From Bugula neritina (Eukaryota; Animalia; Bryozoa): DNA of 64,000 nucleotides. The translations under genes were made by a program, and so were the position numbers. The first letter of the stretch is position 1, and the number at the start of each line of letters is the position of its first letter. This document shows, in pieces, positions 1 through 13,032 of this stretch. The notes beneath the pieces are model-generated. The model saw nothing but the letters and a program-made list of their open reading frames with translations. It had not been told where the DNA came from and made no database searches. The DNA lies in NCBI GenBank assembly GCA_964035545.1, contig OZ037767.1:12509801-12573800 (forward strand), in the 5' to 3' direction.

Positions 1-3000
1 CTTGACTTGTCACGCTGCAGATATTTGAAAAATCACAACTGCAAATACATTTGTTGGTGTAGCAAAATTATTAGACCCACCAACCTTTGCGATCTGAGGA
101 ACGAAAGATGGATACTGCAACTTACACACCTTTCTATTATGAATTTAGAGATATACATTGTTTTGTCGATTCTTCTGGCAACCAATATTAAGTGCATTGC
201 TCAATTTCCACGCTTTATATCCACTTATTTTACATTTTCTCAATTAACTAAACACAGGTAATCAGAGTTGCTAATTGGTTGCATGGTATTCAGGCAGTCG
301 CACTTCTTGTCACTCAATCGTTGACGGTTGATGCTTAAAGAAAGCCTAAGGTCCTTACAGTATACATACTGGAGGTACTGTGCTTTGAACTCAATAACAA
401 AAAAAGAGAATATATGACTTGCAAAACTAACGAATTACATTGTGATGACTTCTGACCTTATTGACAGTGTGCCTCAGTAATGTCTGTTCAGTGCAAACTA
501 TGGACAGCAAAGTTGTCTGGCAATAATGAGACAAACAATTCCTCAAACCCTTTTCGTTAAAGTTTTGTGATGAAAGAGTAATCAGACCCTGTAATGGCTA
601 TACAACTAGAGGGAAGGAATATACTCATTTTTCAATAGCAACAAAGCATGTTCAGAACTAGTAAATAGCAACACACTCATGAAACATTAAACAATCTGTA
701 ACAAGTATTGCTCATTATAACAGACAAATGTTATAACATACTCCTTTCGTTTAGGAGATATATCAACTACTACTCCTACAAAAACAATAAAGAGGTCAAA
801 GACAGCACTGCTCAGTTTGGTTTCATTTCATTAAATTCATTGTAACGCTATCAACGGGCTGCACTTTTGGTCACACCCGGCTAACTGCTCTTGGAAAATT
901 ATTCATTTCGCCAATTGTGACATTATGTAAACTCACTGTTAGTTTTTAACTTTGAATCAAAAAATGATAAAGTAATTGTAAATCTGTTTACAGTCGTCAA
1001 AGCGGCTGATCCCTGATTTCAACACTGGGTTTAGGTGATGGAAGAATCCAAAGACAAGTTTGGTACTACGCTAGACAATAGGCTGCAGGCACCGGAAAAT
1101 GTGAACATGTGTGCATTTAACAGATGAAGCTAAAACATGTATATACATCTTATATTTAGTGAAAATTGAATATGCATCACTTTTCCATGTGAGAACATTG
1201 CTGGATAGTGAAAATAACTAGAAATGTAGAAAATCGGGAGTTGTCTCTCCTGAGACTTTGTTTTGTCTTCTTGACTTGTCACGCTGCAGATATTTGAAAA
1301 ATCACAACTGCAAATACATCTGTTAGTGTAGCAGAATTATTAAACCCATCAACCTTTGCGATCTGAGGAACGAAAGATGGATACTGCAACTTACACACCT
1401 TTCTATTATGCCTTTCAAGATATACATTGTTTTGTCGATTCTTCTGGCAACCAATATTAAGTGCATTGCTCAATTTCCATGCTTTATATCCACTTATTTT
1501 ACATTTTTTCTCAATCAACTAAACACAGGTAAGCAGAGTTGCTAACTGGTTGCATGGTGTTCAGGCAGTCGCACTTCTTGTCACTCAATCGTTGACGATT
1601 GATGCTTGAAGAAGGCCTATGGTCCTTACAGTATACATACTGGAGGTACTGTGCTTTGAACTCAATAACTAAAAAGAGGATATATGACTTGCAAAACTAT
1701 CGAATCACATTGTGATGACTCCAGACCCTATTGACAGTGTGCCTCAGTAATGTCTGTCCAGTGCAAACTATGGACAGCAAAGTTGTCTGGTAATAATGAG
1801 ACAAAAAATTCTGCAAACCCTTTTCATTAAAGTTTTGTGATGAAAGAATAATCAGACCCTGTAATTGCTATACAACTGGAGGGAAGGAATATACTCATTT
1901 TTCAATAGCAACAAAGCATGTTCAGAACTAGTAAACAGCAACACACTCATGAAACATTAAACAATCTGTAACAAGTCTTGCTCATTATAACAGACAAATG
2001 TTATAACATACTCCTTTCGTTTAGGAGATATATCAACTACTACTCCTACAAAAACAATAAAGAGGTAAAAGGCAGCACTGCTCAGTTTGATTTCATTTCA
2101 TTCAATTCATTGTATCGCTATCAATGGGCTGCACTTTTGGTCACACCCGGCTAACTGCTCTTGGAAAATTATTCATTTCGCCAATTTTGACATTATGTTA
2201 ACTCACTGTTAGTTTTTAACTTTGAATCAAAAAATGATAAAGTAATTGTAAATCTGTTTACAGTCGTCAAAGCGGCTGATCCTTAATTTCAACACTGGGT
2301 TTAGGTGATGGAAGAATCCAAAGACAAGTTTGGTACTACGCTAGACAATAGGCTGCAGGCACCGGAAAATGTGAACATGTGTGCATTTAACAGATGAAGC
2401 TAAAACATGTATATACATCTTATATTTAGTGAAAATTGAATATGCATCACTTTTCCATGTGAGAACATTGCTGGATAGTGAAAATAACTAGAAATGTAGA
2501 AATTCGGGAGTTGTCTCTCCTGAGACTTTGTTTTGTCTTCTTGACTTGTCACGCTGCAGATATTTGAAAAATCACAACTGCAAATACATTTGTTGGTGTA
2601 GCAAAATTATTAGACCCACCAACCTTTGCGATCTGACGAACGAAAGATGGATACTGCAACTTACACACCTTTCTATTATGAATTTAGAGATATACATTGT
2701 TTTGTCGATTCTTCTGGCAACCAATATTAAGTGCATTGCTCAATTTCCACGCTTTATATCCACTTATTTTACATTTTCTCAATTAACTAAACACAGGTAA
2801 TCAGAGTTGCTAATTGGTTGCATGGTATTCAGGCAGTCGCACTTCTTGTCACTCAATCGTTGACGGTTGATGCTTAAAGAAAGCCTAAGGTCCTTACAGT
2901 ATACATACTGGAGGTACTGTGCTTTGAACTCAATAACAAAAAAAGAGAATATATGACTTGCAAAACTAACGAATTACATTGTGATGACTTCTGACCTTAT

Positions 3001-6000
3001 TGACAGTGTGCCTCAGTAATGTCTGTTCAGTGCAAACTATGGACAGCAAAGTTGTCTGGCAATAATGAGACAAACAATTCCTCAAACCCTTTTCGTTAAA
3101 GTTTTGTGATGAAAGAGTAATCAGACCCTGTAATGGCTATACAACTAGAGGGAAGGAATATACTCATTTTTCAATAGCAACAAAGCATGTTCAGAACTAG
3201 TAAATAGCAACACACTCATGAAACATTAAACAATCTGTAACAAGTATTGCTCATTATAACAGACAAATGTTATAACATACTCCTTTCGTTTAGGAGATAT
3301 ATCAACTACTACTCCTACAAAAACAATAAAGAGGTCAAAGACAGCACTGCTCAGTTTGGTTTCATTTCATTAAATTCATTGTAACGCTATCAACGGGCTG
3401 CACTTTTGGTCACACCCGGCTAACTGCTCTTGGAAAATTATTCATTTCGCCAATTGTGACATTATGTAAACTCACTGTTAGTTTTTAACTTTGAATCAAA
3501 AAATGATAAAGTAATTGTAAATCTGTTTACAGTCGTCAAAGCGGCTGATCCCTGATTTCAACACTGGGTTTAGGTGATGGAAGAATCCAAAGACAAGTTT
3601 GGTACTACGCTAGACAATAGGCTGCAGGCACCGGAAAATGTGAACATGTGTGCATTTAACAGATGAAGCTAAAACATGTATATACATCTTATATTTAGTG
3701 AAAATTGAATATGCATCACTTTTCCATGTGAGAACATTGCTGGATAGTGAAAATAACTAGAAATGTAGAAATTCGGGAGTTGCCTCTCCTGAGACTTTGT
3801 TTTGTCTTCTTGACTTGTCACGCTGCAGATATTTGAAAAATCACAACTGCAAATACATTTGTTGGTGTAGCAAAATTATTAAACCCATCAACCTTTGCGA
3901 TCTGAGGAATGAAAGATGGATACTGCAACTTACACACCTTTCTACTATGAATTTAGAGATATACATTGTTTTGTCGATTCTTCTGGCAACCAATATTAAG
4001 TGCATTGCTCAATTTCCACGCTTTATATTCACTTATTTTACATTTTCTCAATCAACTAAACACAGGTAATCAGAGTTGCTAATTGGTTGCATGGTATTCA
4101 GGCAGTCGCACTTCTTGTCACTTAATCGTTGTCGGTTGATGCTTAAAGAAAGCTTAAGGTCCTTACAGTATACATACTGGAGGTACTGTGCTTTGAACTC
4201 AATAACAAAAAAAGAGAATATATGACTTGCAAAACTAACGAATTACATTGTGATGACTTCTGACCTTATTGACAGTGTGCCTCAGTAATGTCTGTTCAGT
4301 GCAAACTATGGACAGCAAAGTTGTCTGGCAATAATGAGACAAACAATTCCTCAAACCCTTTTCATTAAAGTTTTGTGATGAAAGAGTAATCAGACCCTGT
4401 AATGGCTATACAACTGGAGGGAAGGAATATACTCATTTTTCAATAGCAACAAAGCATGTTCAGAACTAGTAAACAGAAACACACTCATGACACATTAAAC
4501 AATCTGTAACAAGTCTTGCTCATTATAACAGACAAATGTTATAACATACTCCTTTCGTTTAGGAGATATATCAACTACTACTCCTACAAAAACAATAAAG
4601 AGGTAAAAGACAGCACTGCTCAGTTTGATTTCATTTCATTCAATTCATTGTATCGCTATCAATGGGCTGCACTTTTGGTCACACCCGGCTAACTGCTCTT
4701 GGAAAATTATTCATTTCGCCAATTTTGACATTATGTTAACTCACTGTTAGTTTTTAACTTTGAATCAAAAAATGATAAAGTAATTGTAAATCTGTTTACA
4801 GTCGTCAAAGCGGCTGATCCTTAATTTCAACACTGGGTTTAGGTGATGGAAGAATCCAAAGACAAGTTTGGTACTACGCTAGACAATAGGCTGCAGGCAC
4901 CGGAAAATGTGAACATGTGTGCATTTAACAGATGAAGCTAAAACATGTATATACATCTTAAAATTTAGTGAAAATTGAATATGCATCACTTTTCCATGTG
5001 AGAACATTGCTAGATAGTGAAAATAACTAGAAATGTAGAAAATCGGGAGTTGTCTCTCCTGAGACTTTGTTTTGTCTTCTTGACTTGTCACGCTGCAGAT
5101 ATTTGAAATATCACAACTGCAAATACATTTGTTGGTGTAGCAGAATTATTAAACCCATCAACCTTTGCGATCTGAGGAACGAAAGATGGATACTGCAACT
5201 TACACACCTTTCTATTATGCCTTTCAAGATATACATTGTTTTGTCGATTCTTCTGGCAACCAATATTAAGTGCATTGCTCAATTTCCACGCTTTATATTC
5301 ACTTATTTTACATTTTCTCAATCAACTAAACACAGGTAATCAGAGTTGCTAATTGGTTGCATGGTATTCAGGCAGTCGCACTTCTTGTCACTTAATCGTT
5401 GTCGGTTGATGCTTAAAGAAAGCTTAAGGTCCTTACAGTATACATACTGGAGGTACTGTGCTTTGAACTCAATAACAAAAAAAGAGAATATATGACTTGC
5501 AAAACTAACGAATTACATTGTGATGACTTCTGACCTTATTGACAGTGTGCCTCAGTAATGTCTGTTCAGTGCAAACTATGGACAGCAAAGTTGTCTGGCA
5601 ATAATGAGACAAACAATTCCTCAAACCCTTTTCATAAAAGTTTTGTGATGAAAGAGTAATCAGACCCTGTAATGGCTATACAACTGGAGGGAAGGAATAT
5701 ACTCATTTTTCAATAGCAACAAAGCATGTTCAGAACTACTAAACAGAAACACACTCATGACACATTAAACAATCTGTAACAAGTCTTGCTCATTATAACA
5801 GACAAATGTTATAACATACTCCTTTCGTTTAGGGGATATATCAACTACTACTCCTACAAAAACAATAAAGAGGTAAAAGACAGCACTGCTCAGTTTCATT
5901 TCATTTCATTCAATTCATTGTAACGCTATCAATGGGCTGCACTTTTGGTCACACCCGGCTAACTGCTCTTGGAAAATTATTCATTTCGCCAATTGTGACA

Positions 6001-7713
6001 TTATGTGAACTCACTGTTAGTTTTTAACTTTGAATCAAAAAATGATAAAGTAATTGTAAATCTGTTTACAGTCGTCGAAGTGGCTGATCCTTAATTTCAA
6101 CACTGGGTTTAGGTGATGGAAGAATCCAAAGACAAGTTTGGTACTACGCTAGACAATAGGCTGCAGGCACCGGAAAATGTGAACATGTGCGCATTTAACA
6201 GATGAAGCTAAAACATGTATATACATCTTATATTTAGTGAAAATTGAATATGCATCACTTTTCCATGTGAGAACATTGCTGGATAGTGAAAATAACTAGA
6301 AATGTAGAAATTCGGGAGTTGTCTCTCCTGAGACTTTGTTTTGTCTTCTTGACTTGTCACGCTGCAGATATTTGAAAAATCACAACTGCAAATACATTTG
6401 TTGGTGTAGCAAAATTATTAAACCCATCAACCTTTGTGATCTGAGGAACGAAAGACGGATACTGCAACTTACACACCTTTCTATTATGCGTTTCAAGATA
6501 TACATTGTTTTGTCGCTCCTTCTGGCAACCAATATTAGGTGCATTGCTCATTTTCTACGCTTTATATCCACTTATTTTACATTTTCTCAATCAACTAAAC
6601 ACAGGTAAGCAGAGTTGCTAACTGGTTGCATGGTATTCAGGCAGTCGCACTTCTTGTCACTCAATCGATGAGGATTGATGCTTGAAGAAGGCCTACGGTC
6701 CTTACAGTATACATACTGGAGGTACTGCGCTTTGAACTCAATAACAAAAAATAGAATATATGACTTGCAAAACTAACGAATTACATTGTGATGACTTCTG
6801 ACCCTATTGACAGTGTGCCTCAGTAATGTTTGTTCAGTGCAAACTATGGACAGCAAAGTTGTTTGGCAATAATGAGACAAACAATTCTGCAAACCCTTTT
6901 CATAAAAGTTTTGTGATGAAAGAGTATCCAGACCCTGTAATGGCTATACAACTGGAGGGAAGGAATATACTCGTTTTTCAATAGCAACAAAGCATGTTCA
7001 GAACTAGTAAACAGCAACACACTCATGAAACATTAAACAATCTGTAACAAGTCTTGCTCATTATAACAGACAAATGTTATAACATACTCCTTTCGTTTAG
7101 GAGATATATCAACTACTACTCCTACAAAAACAATAAAGAGGTAAAAGACAGCACTGCTCAGTTTGATTTCATTTCATTCAATTCATTGTAACGCTATCAA
7201 TGGGCTGCACTTTTGGTCACACCCGGCTAACTGCTCTTGGAAAACTATTCATTTCGCCAATTGTGACGTTATGTGAACTCACTGTTAGTTTTTAACTTTC
7301 AATCAAAAAATGATAAAGTAATTGTAAATATGTTTACAGTCGTCAAAGCGGCTGATCCTTAATTTCAACACTGGGTTTAGGTGATGGAAGAATCCAAAGA
7401 CAAGTTTGGTACTACGCTAGACAATAGGCTGCAGGCACCGGAGACTGTGAACATGTGTGCATTTAACAGATGAAGCTAAAACATGTATACATCTTATATT
7501 TAGTGAAAATTGAATATGCATCATTTTTCCATGTGAGAACATTGCTGGATAGTGAAAATAACTAGAAATGTAGAAGTTCGGGAGTTGTCTCTCCTGAGAT
7601 TTTGTTTTGTCCTCTTGACTTGTCACGCTGCAGATATTTGAAAATTCACAACTGCAAATACATCTGTTGGTGTAGCAGAATTATTAAACCCATCAACCTT
7701 TGTGATCTGAGGA
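1..7713. repeat. Tandem macrosatellite, ~1269-1270 bp unit, ~6.1 copies (continues off the left edge)
   Basis: The string cttgacttgtcacgctgcag recurs at 1, 1270, 2540, 3809, 5079, 6348 and 7614. Units are collinear and differ by only a few percent. The last unit breaks off at ~7713. Confidence 0.97.
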
Positions 7714-8736
7714 GGTATAGTAAATGCAAAGCTAATGATTTACATAGTGATGACTTCTGACCCTATTGACGGAGTGCCCCAATCACGTCTGTTGATTTTT
7801 TTAAAATTTGAAAAATGTATTGAACTTAAAATATTTATAATCAGTAGTTTGCCACTGTAACAAAACTTTTGTTAGTTTTGCGTTTAGGATGAAGTAGTTT
7901 ATTCAGGCACACTTTTGAATGCCATTTGCTATATAGTAACTAAATCTTTTGGCACTTTGCAGCTCGATCAATTCTAGAATGCATGACGCAATGAAGTTCT
8001 CTACAAAGTTAGTGTCTGTTTGATGCCTTTGAATCAACAAACAGAACCTGTAAACTATTCAATGAGCCTGTATATCAGTTGAAAGAAAGAAACTTGGAGA
8101 ATATGTGGTTTACTTCATGAAAGTAATATCTTCAATAACAATTAATATCCTTGATGACTCAAAATTAGGTGCATGTCTTTAAACAAACTACATATATTTT
8201 TTGTTATGATAAGACTGCAGCTATGGCTATGCTAACAAAAGCGTTCAATTCTATGTCATTTTGAAACGATCATGCATAACCTCTCTATATGTTATGATGG
8301 CAAACAAAGATTATCATAGATCTTTGTGACAAGGTTATTATTTTTCATCATATATATAAACATTTTGTAAATTTCGATATTTGACACAAAAGTATTTAAA
8401 TTATTTTCATAAGGAAATTTATTTTAGGCTTCTCAATTTTCGTTTCCAATGTTTTAGTACATGTGAGTTTACATTTTTTGTGCATTAATGGTTAAAATCT
8501 TATTTTGGAAAATCTGACTTCTTGATTTTGAAATCTTATTTTAACAATAAAAAAACTCATACATGAGTTTAGAGGAAGGAATTTTCTTGAATCGGACATT
8601 CACTGATGTGCTGGTATTTTACCATCAAAGGAAGATCTCAATCCTTGACTCTTGCTTGTATCTCTTTTAATACAACCAGTCATGTGCTGCTCTGTCATAT
8701 GATAAAATTACATCTACATGTTTTTGTTTAAGTCCA

Positions 8737-11700
8737 TATAAGAAGATGCTTTAATTACCTGGCAAGTCTATTTCAGTGTGGCACCCAAGAATGCCGGTTT
8801 TTTTATTTTATCTCGTCATTTGCCTTAGTCAATAGCAACATTCTATTACATCCTCCCTCCAAGCTTAGTGTTTCACTTTTAGAATGTCATAGAATTGAAT
8901 AGTAAGTTCCATATCAACAGCCCCTTTATAATTTTTTTTCGGTCTTTTTAAATTTTAATTTTCTTTATTCTTTTTTTTCTGAGCACTCCTAGTGCATAAG
9001 ACAAATGAAAAAACACAGACAAAAATTTTAACAAAAAAATAACTAGTAGGCAGCCAAACTATGGCTATAAGTTCAGCCTTTCTGGCTGTTGTATCGTCCA
9101 ACCACTCCTAGTTCTTTGAGTAGATTTATCAGATTCCCGAGTCGGTGAAGATTGACTATCTTTATTCATAGTTTCTGGACCGGTCACATGTGTAGAGAGA
9201 GATACTTCAAACAGCTGGCGAGTGTTGGACTGCTCTGGGTATTGCCTTTCACCAACAGTAGAATCTTCTGCTGTCGGTAACAAAATGTCAGCTGCTTAAG
9301 ATATTTGAGAGCGATTTCTACGTAGCAGTACTCCCGAGTCATTTGACGATACAATTTCTCTGCCTTTAGTCGCAATTACAACTCCATCTTTCAGCTGATT
9401 TCCAATTGTTAGTCTTTATTGTCTGACCTACTTTCATTAGTTCCCTTTCTCTAGCCCGATGCCTCCTGTTGTAATAGAGCGCTTGTGCCTTTTGTTGACC
9501 CGCCTCAAACTGCCGAAGTCAGCACAAGTTAACGCGTTTGTTTGGCATCACACCCATAGAATTCAGAGACTGACCAAACATAAGCTTAGCTGGTGAGTAC
9601 CCGTTTGCCAAGAGTATGTCTCTGTACGTACACAGTGCAGCCTGAATGTTGACGTTTTTTTTCATCAAGCCCTTCACCGTCTGAACAGCTCTTTCCACCT
9701 CACCATTTGACTGGGGGTACTTTGGAGAACTAGTTATGTGTTTAACATCCCATTTTGACAGGAAAGACTGAAACCTATCAGACACAAATTGTGGTCCATT
9801 ATCACTGACTAATGTATTAAGAATGCCTAGCAAGCAAAAAAGTGTTTCGAGCTTGGAAACTATAGTTTTTGAGTCGGATGAATCACTGAGGTCATTAACC
9901 GCAATGTACCTGCTGTAGTAATCTACCACCACTAAATATGTTAGTCTATCCTTGGTACATATGTCAACTGCTAAGCGCTACCATGGTCTCTCAGGCCAAA
10001 AGGAACAGACCAGAGGCTCTGGAGGTCTCAATTGAAATTCTTCACACTTGGAACAGCTTTTCACTATTGGTCTAATATCAGCTGTCATGCCAGGCCACCA
10101 AACTACAGCAACTGCCCTACGAATACATTTAGTTTCTCCTTGGTGATCATCGAGTATTTCCTTCAAAACCCGGTCTCTCTCGACTTTGGGAATGTATAGA
10201 CGGTTTTCAAAAAATAGTACTCTTTGAACTGTGGTCAAGCTGTCTTTAAACATGTAAAATTGCTTCATAGAGTAGTCGACATCCTTTGTCTTAGGCCATC
10301 CCTCCATAATATATTTCAGGAGAATTCGACCTTCATTTTCTGTCCACATGGTAGCCTGAATGCGGCGCAGACGAGTTGGGGAAACAGGCATAGCATTTAT
10401 TAGCTCCTGCACCAGCAAAGTTCCCCCTGGGCTTCCTGTGGTCCTGAGTAAGGTGCCCTAGACATGGCATCAGCCAGTACCAACTTTCTACTTGGTGTAA
10501 AGACCACATCATAAGTCTATGACATCATCCTTAATCTAAACCGTTGCACCCGGACAGGTAATTCAGCTAACTCCTTCTCACCAAGAATTGAAAGCAGAGG
10601 CTTGTGATCAGTCTCCACTGTGAACTGACAACCTGCCAAAAAGTAATGGAACTTTTCACGAGCCCAGTAGATTGCTAGAGCCTCCTTTTCAACCTGTGCG
10701 TATTGCTGCTCAGCACTACTTAGAGACCTAGATGCAAAGGCCACAGGCTTCCAGACCCCATCCACTAGTTGCAGCATCGCCGCCCCAAGGCCAAGTGATG
10801 ACGAGTCTGCACTGAGCATAGTTTTTCTATGAAGACTGTACAGAACTAAAGTTGGAGTGCTGACCATCATAGATTTCGAGCATGCAAACTCTTTGTCCTG
10901 TACTGGCCCCCAGTACCAATCAGAATTTTTACCAAGTAATTGACGCAGCTTTCCCGAATTTTCTACAATAGCAGCGGAGAATTGTCCCATATAGTTCACC
11001 ATGCCAAAAAACCTGCGCAGCTCCTGCCTGTTACATGGAGTTGGAAACTTTGTTACAGTCTTTGTCTTTTCTGGGTCAGATTTAATACCCTCGGCACCTA
11101 TGACATGACCAAGAAATCTTAATTCAGTCTTCCGGAATTCACATTTTTTACGCATTGAGGGTGATTCCACTTTCTTGCAGTCTATTCAAAACCTGCTCTA
11201 GCCGGTCCTCATGCTCCTGTAGATTCCCTGCTTAAATCAAAATATCGTCCATTTGACAGACGACTCCTGGCGAACCCACAAGCATCTTTTTCATCTCGCG
11301 TTGAAAAGTCTCCGGGGCAGAACTGATACCAAAAGGCAGACGCTTACACCAGTACCTACCAAATGGTGTGATAAATGGGGTTAGGTGATATGAGTCGGAG
11401 TGTAATTTCATCTGCTAATATCCACAGTTGGCATCCAATTTGCTGAATATACGAGCATTTCCTAGTTCATTGAGTGTTTCATCAGATATTGGCAAAGGAT
11501 GGTATTTCTGCTTGACAGTTTTGTTCAGTCGAGTAAAATCTACACAAACCCTTATTGTTCCATCTTTCTTAGGCACAACAACACAAGGAGAACACCATTC
11601 AGTGGTTCTTTCTACCTGTTCAATTACTCCTAACTTTTCTATCCGACAAAGCTCCTCATACAGTGGCTGTTTCCTAACTGCTGCAATACGCCGAGGTACC

Positions 11701-13032
11701 GCTTGAACAAACAGCAGAGCATCCTCTTTTATCTAGATCCTCACCTTCGTGGACATTGCTCCCAGCCCACGAAACAAGTTAAGATAAACCTTCTTCCAAT
11801 CATGGCCCTCACTATGATCAATGCCATCTCCACAACAGATTAAATCAAGTTTTCCAATGGCAGGTTTTTCCAAAAGAGGCATTAGTAGCCCTTCAACAAA
11901 GTACACTAACTCCTGAATCTCCTTTTCTCCTAAACGCAAACCGACCATAGCCTGGCCAACCACCTTTAATCTATTGTTACCTGCTCCTCTCAAAATTTTT
12001 GTAGAAGGTTGTAACCCCCGTTTACAACAATACATTGAATATGCAGGCAACGCTGTGACAGCTGCCCCTGTGTCTATTTTAAATTTTACAGGTACATCAT
12101 CAACTTTAATGTTAACTAACCAAGCTTTTGAAGTGTCGGTAACTGTCTTAGAATCAATTATGCGTAGTCATAAAGAATCATTGCCAGAAAAAGTCCATCC
12201 ATCTCCTCACAGTCAACCATTTCTGCCTTTGAGCTATATTGAGCGCCTCTAGAAACGGTATTAGTACATGTTTTACTCCAATGACTGTTACCTTGGCATT
12301 TAAAACAAGCAGCAGACCTGGCAGGAGTCAATGAGATATTCCCTTGATTTAAAGTCATTCACCCCTATGACAATCCGATCTCGAATCAAGTCATCACGAA
12401 CAGCCCCGTATTCACAATTAGCTGCTTGTGACTACAACTCTGTTATAAACTGGTGAATTGTGTGGTTCCCTTGAGTGATGCTATTGAACTTTACTCTCTC
12501 GTATATTATATTTTTAACCGGTTCAAAATGCTGATCAAACATGCTCATTACATTCCTTAGAGTTTTCTTCCTGGTGTCTACTGGCTCATCAAATTCAAAT
12601 TGACTGTATATAGGTACACTCTCTGGTCCCATCAACACAAGTAAATCCTCATCCCCCATATCGCCGTATTTCTTAGCTATTTTGAATATTTCAAACTGTC
12701 CTTTAAATAATTTTCAATCAGTTGAAAGAGTCTCACTTGAAAAATTAAGTCGTTTTACAAACTTTTCATCTCTAGTTGAAGAACTTTCTGCCATAGCTGT
12801 TTTGATTATTTTCTTCTCAACACGTTAATTAACTCACGCAACCAATCTTTTACCACTATCTGTATAACTGCCTATCTCATTTTTGACACCTTGTAAGAAG
12901 ATGCTTTAATTACCTGGCAAGTCTAGTTAGCATATCTCGTGCGTCCATGCTATTTCAGTGTTGAACCCAAGAATGCCATTTTGTCTATTTTATCTCGTCA
13001 TTTGCGTTAGCCAATAGCGACATTCTATTACA
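8737..13032 (-). mobile_element. Decayed Ty3/Gypsy LTR retrotransposon (Mag-like), ~4.3 kb
   Basis: Direct repeats at 8737-8850 and 12892-13032 (tgtaagaag...ttaca). On the minus strand a PPT (ggagggagga) abuts 8850, and a degenerate tRNA-Leu-type PBS (aggtgtcaaaaatgagat) lies next to 12892. Internal order is gag-PR-RT-RH-INT. Confidence 0.93.
9065..12794 (-). pseudogene. gag-pol remnant of the Mag-like element
   Basis: Motifs: gag (FEPVKNIIYERVKFN, CFKCQGNSHWSKTC), protease FKIDTGAAVT, RT (CVDFTRLN, LPFGISSAPE, QMDDILI), RNase H (ADSSSLGLGA, EKEALA, TDHKPL) and integrase (VVDYYSRY, SDNGPQF, PQSNGEVER). Broken by many stops and frameshifts. Confidence 0.93.

Noticed and set aside
94-110. CTGAGGA..GAAA in the macrosatellite resembling a hammerhead core
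   Set aside because: Only 2 nt separate the boxes (no stem II), and there is no convincing stem I or III.
7-261. 84-90 aa ORF repeated in most macrosatellite units
   Set aside because: There is no true ATG start or recognisable domain, it is broken in unit 2, and differences between units are mostly non-synonymous.
440-460. TGATGA...CTGA as a C/D box snoRNA
   Set aside because: The boxes are only a few nt apart, with no terminal stem or guide region.
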